From assembly GCA_028289965.1 (NCBI GenBank), contig JAQGKS010000033.1:1-32527 (forward strand): a stretch of DNA of 32,527 bases, written 5' to 3'. The DNA is from Sphingomonas bacterium (GTDB taxonomy: Bacteria; Pseudomonadota; Alphaproteobacteria; Sphingomonadales; Sphingomonadaceae). Positions 31,595 to 32,527 of the stretch are shown here, in pieces. Position 1 is the stretch's first letter; each line of letters starts with the position of its first letter. The translations under genes were made by a program, and so were the position numbers. The notes under the pieces are model-generated. The model saw only the letters and a list, made by a program, of their open reading frames with translations, searched no databases and was not told the origin of the DNA.

Positions 31595-32527
31595 TCAGGC
31601 GGCGCTCGCCGGTCCGCCGCGTCGACGATGGACGATCTTGGCGACACCCGCCGCCACCAGCCGCGCCAGCTCGGTTTCCGGGCCGTCGGGCCGGCCCCGC
31701 GCCCGCCAGATCAGCAGCCGGCTGCCGGCATAGAGGATCGCGCCCGCCCCGCCCTCGATTGCCAGCCGCAGCGCCAGCGCGCCGCTGTCATGGCCGAGGG
31801 TCAGGGTGTGGCGCAGGATCAGCACGCCGCCGCACATCACGATCACCGCCGCGAAGGTCCGCAGGTTGGCACGCAGCTGGGCAAGATAGGACAGGCCGAG
31901 GAAGCGCCGGATCAGCCCCATGTCGAAGCCGAGCCCGATCAGCCCGGTCAGCACGCGCGCTGCGACCACCCCGTTCAACCCCCACAGGAACATCCCCGCG
32001 CAGATGAACGGCAGCCGGATGAAGAATAATTGCAGGTCGCGGTTGAACAGCGTCCTGGTCTCGCCGCGCGCCATGCCGAGCGGCTGGGCGAGCCCGCCGA
32101 GCGTGTGCAGCGCGAAGATCGACGCCAGCGCCTGGATCACGCCGATCGCCGCCAGCCACCGCTCGCCCAGCACGAGCCGCACCATCGGATCCGCGACCAG
32201 CGCCACGCCGACGCCGAGCGGCAGCGCGACCGCGGTGATCGTGCTCTGCGCGCGCTGGAATCCGCGCCGCTGCCGGTCGGGATCGTCGTTGAGCTTGGCG
32301 AATGCGGGAAAGAGCGTGCGGGTCAGCGGCTGGGTCGATTCGCGCGTCGGCAGCTGCGCCAGATTGTCGCCGACGGTATAGATGCCGAGCGCGGTGCGGC
32401 CGAGAAACTTGCCGATCAGCAGCTGGTCGAACCGCCAGTTGATCGTGCTGACGAGCTGGCCGAGCGTCAGCCAGATCGAAAAGGACCAGAGCTCGCGGAC
32501 GTGGCGCAGGCTGATCCGCGGGCGGAA
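31595..32527 (-). CDS. wzx: Wzx-type flippase, MOP/PST family (partial; N-terminus beyond the window end)
   Basis: The frame is open to the last base of the window. The translation FRPRISLRHVRELWSFSIWLTLGQLVSTINWRFDQLLIGKFLGRTALGIYTVGDNLAQLP... is the typical central region of polysaccharide PST flippases. It is followed by about 5 further TM segments. Confidence 0.8.
   Translation of the reverse strand, partial: FRPRISLRHVRELWSFSIWLTLGQLVSTINWRFDQLLIGKFLGRTALGIYTVGDNLAQLPTRESTQPLTRTLFPAFAKLNDDPDRQRRGFQRAQSTITAVALPLGVGVALVADPMVRLVLGERWLAAIGVIQALASIFALHTLGGLAQPLGMARGETRTLFNRDLQLFFIRLPFICAGMFLWGLNGVVAARVLTGLIGLGFDMGLIRRFLGLSYLAQLRANLRTFAAVIVMCGGVLILRHTLTLGHDSGALALRLAIEGGAGAILYAGSRLLIWRARGRPDGPETELARLVAAGVAKIVHRRRGGPASAA

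Noticed and set aside
1-32527. CRISPR arrays, tRNA/rRNA genes, IS elements, integrases, toxin-antitoxin pairs or known defence-system genes.
   Set aside because: No spaced direct repeats, no transposase, integrase or nuclease-like translations, and no long non-coding stretches are present. Every gap over 150 bp is a promoter or leader region between divergent or co-directional genes.

Overview
The window is GC-rich with a strong G/C bias at codon position 3, and it is almost entirely coding. It looks chromosomal and alphaproteobacterial, probably sphingomonad-like; that assignment is inference from protein types and was not computed. I found no rRNA, tRNA, CRISPR array, IS element or integrase.

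The left third (1-10.8 kb) carries transport and redox genes:
- a partial kinase-like gene
- an AEC transporter
- an RhtA-like EamA exporter
- two paralogous small polytopic membrane proteins
- a cytochrome b561-YceI operon
- a covalently duplicated (two-domain) MarR regulator
- a two-gene secreted-protein operon: a DUF6152-like protein with His-His at the predicted mature N-terminus, plus a 253-aa partner
- a 1007-aa TonB-dependent receptor, divergent from that operon, with a long hairpin-rich leader

The right two thirds (10.8-32.5 kb) are a Wzx/Wzy-dependent exopolysaccharide locus. Many of its proteins match, from my memory of the E. coli sequences, the colanic-acid (wca) set: WcaF-, WcaC-, WcaE-, WcaD- and WcaM-like proteins, Wza, Wzc, Wzx and a pyruvyl transferase. 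The gene order is scrambled over at least three transcription units. The wca-like genes are mixed with a Wzy_C/O-antigen-ligase-like protein, a GT11-like GT, a GT8, an AT3 acyltransferase, a SAM methyltransferase and several unknowns. No wzb phosphatase, no initiating phosphoglycosyl transferase and no nucleotide-sugar genes are visible in the window.

The items I consider most worth follow-up:
1. A TM + helical + CBM-like protein translationally coupled to Wzc.
2. A leaderless beta-sandwich + SGNH two-gene module beside a decayed SGNH gene remnant and the WcaM-like beta-helix protein.
3. The fused double-MarR regulator.
4. The DUF6152-like/partner/TonB-receptor module.

All family assignments come from reading the translations and recalling motifs. 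None has been checked by a database search.
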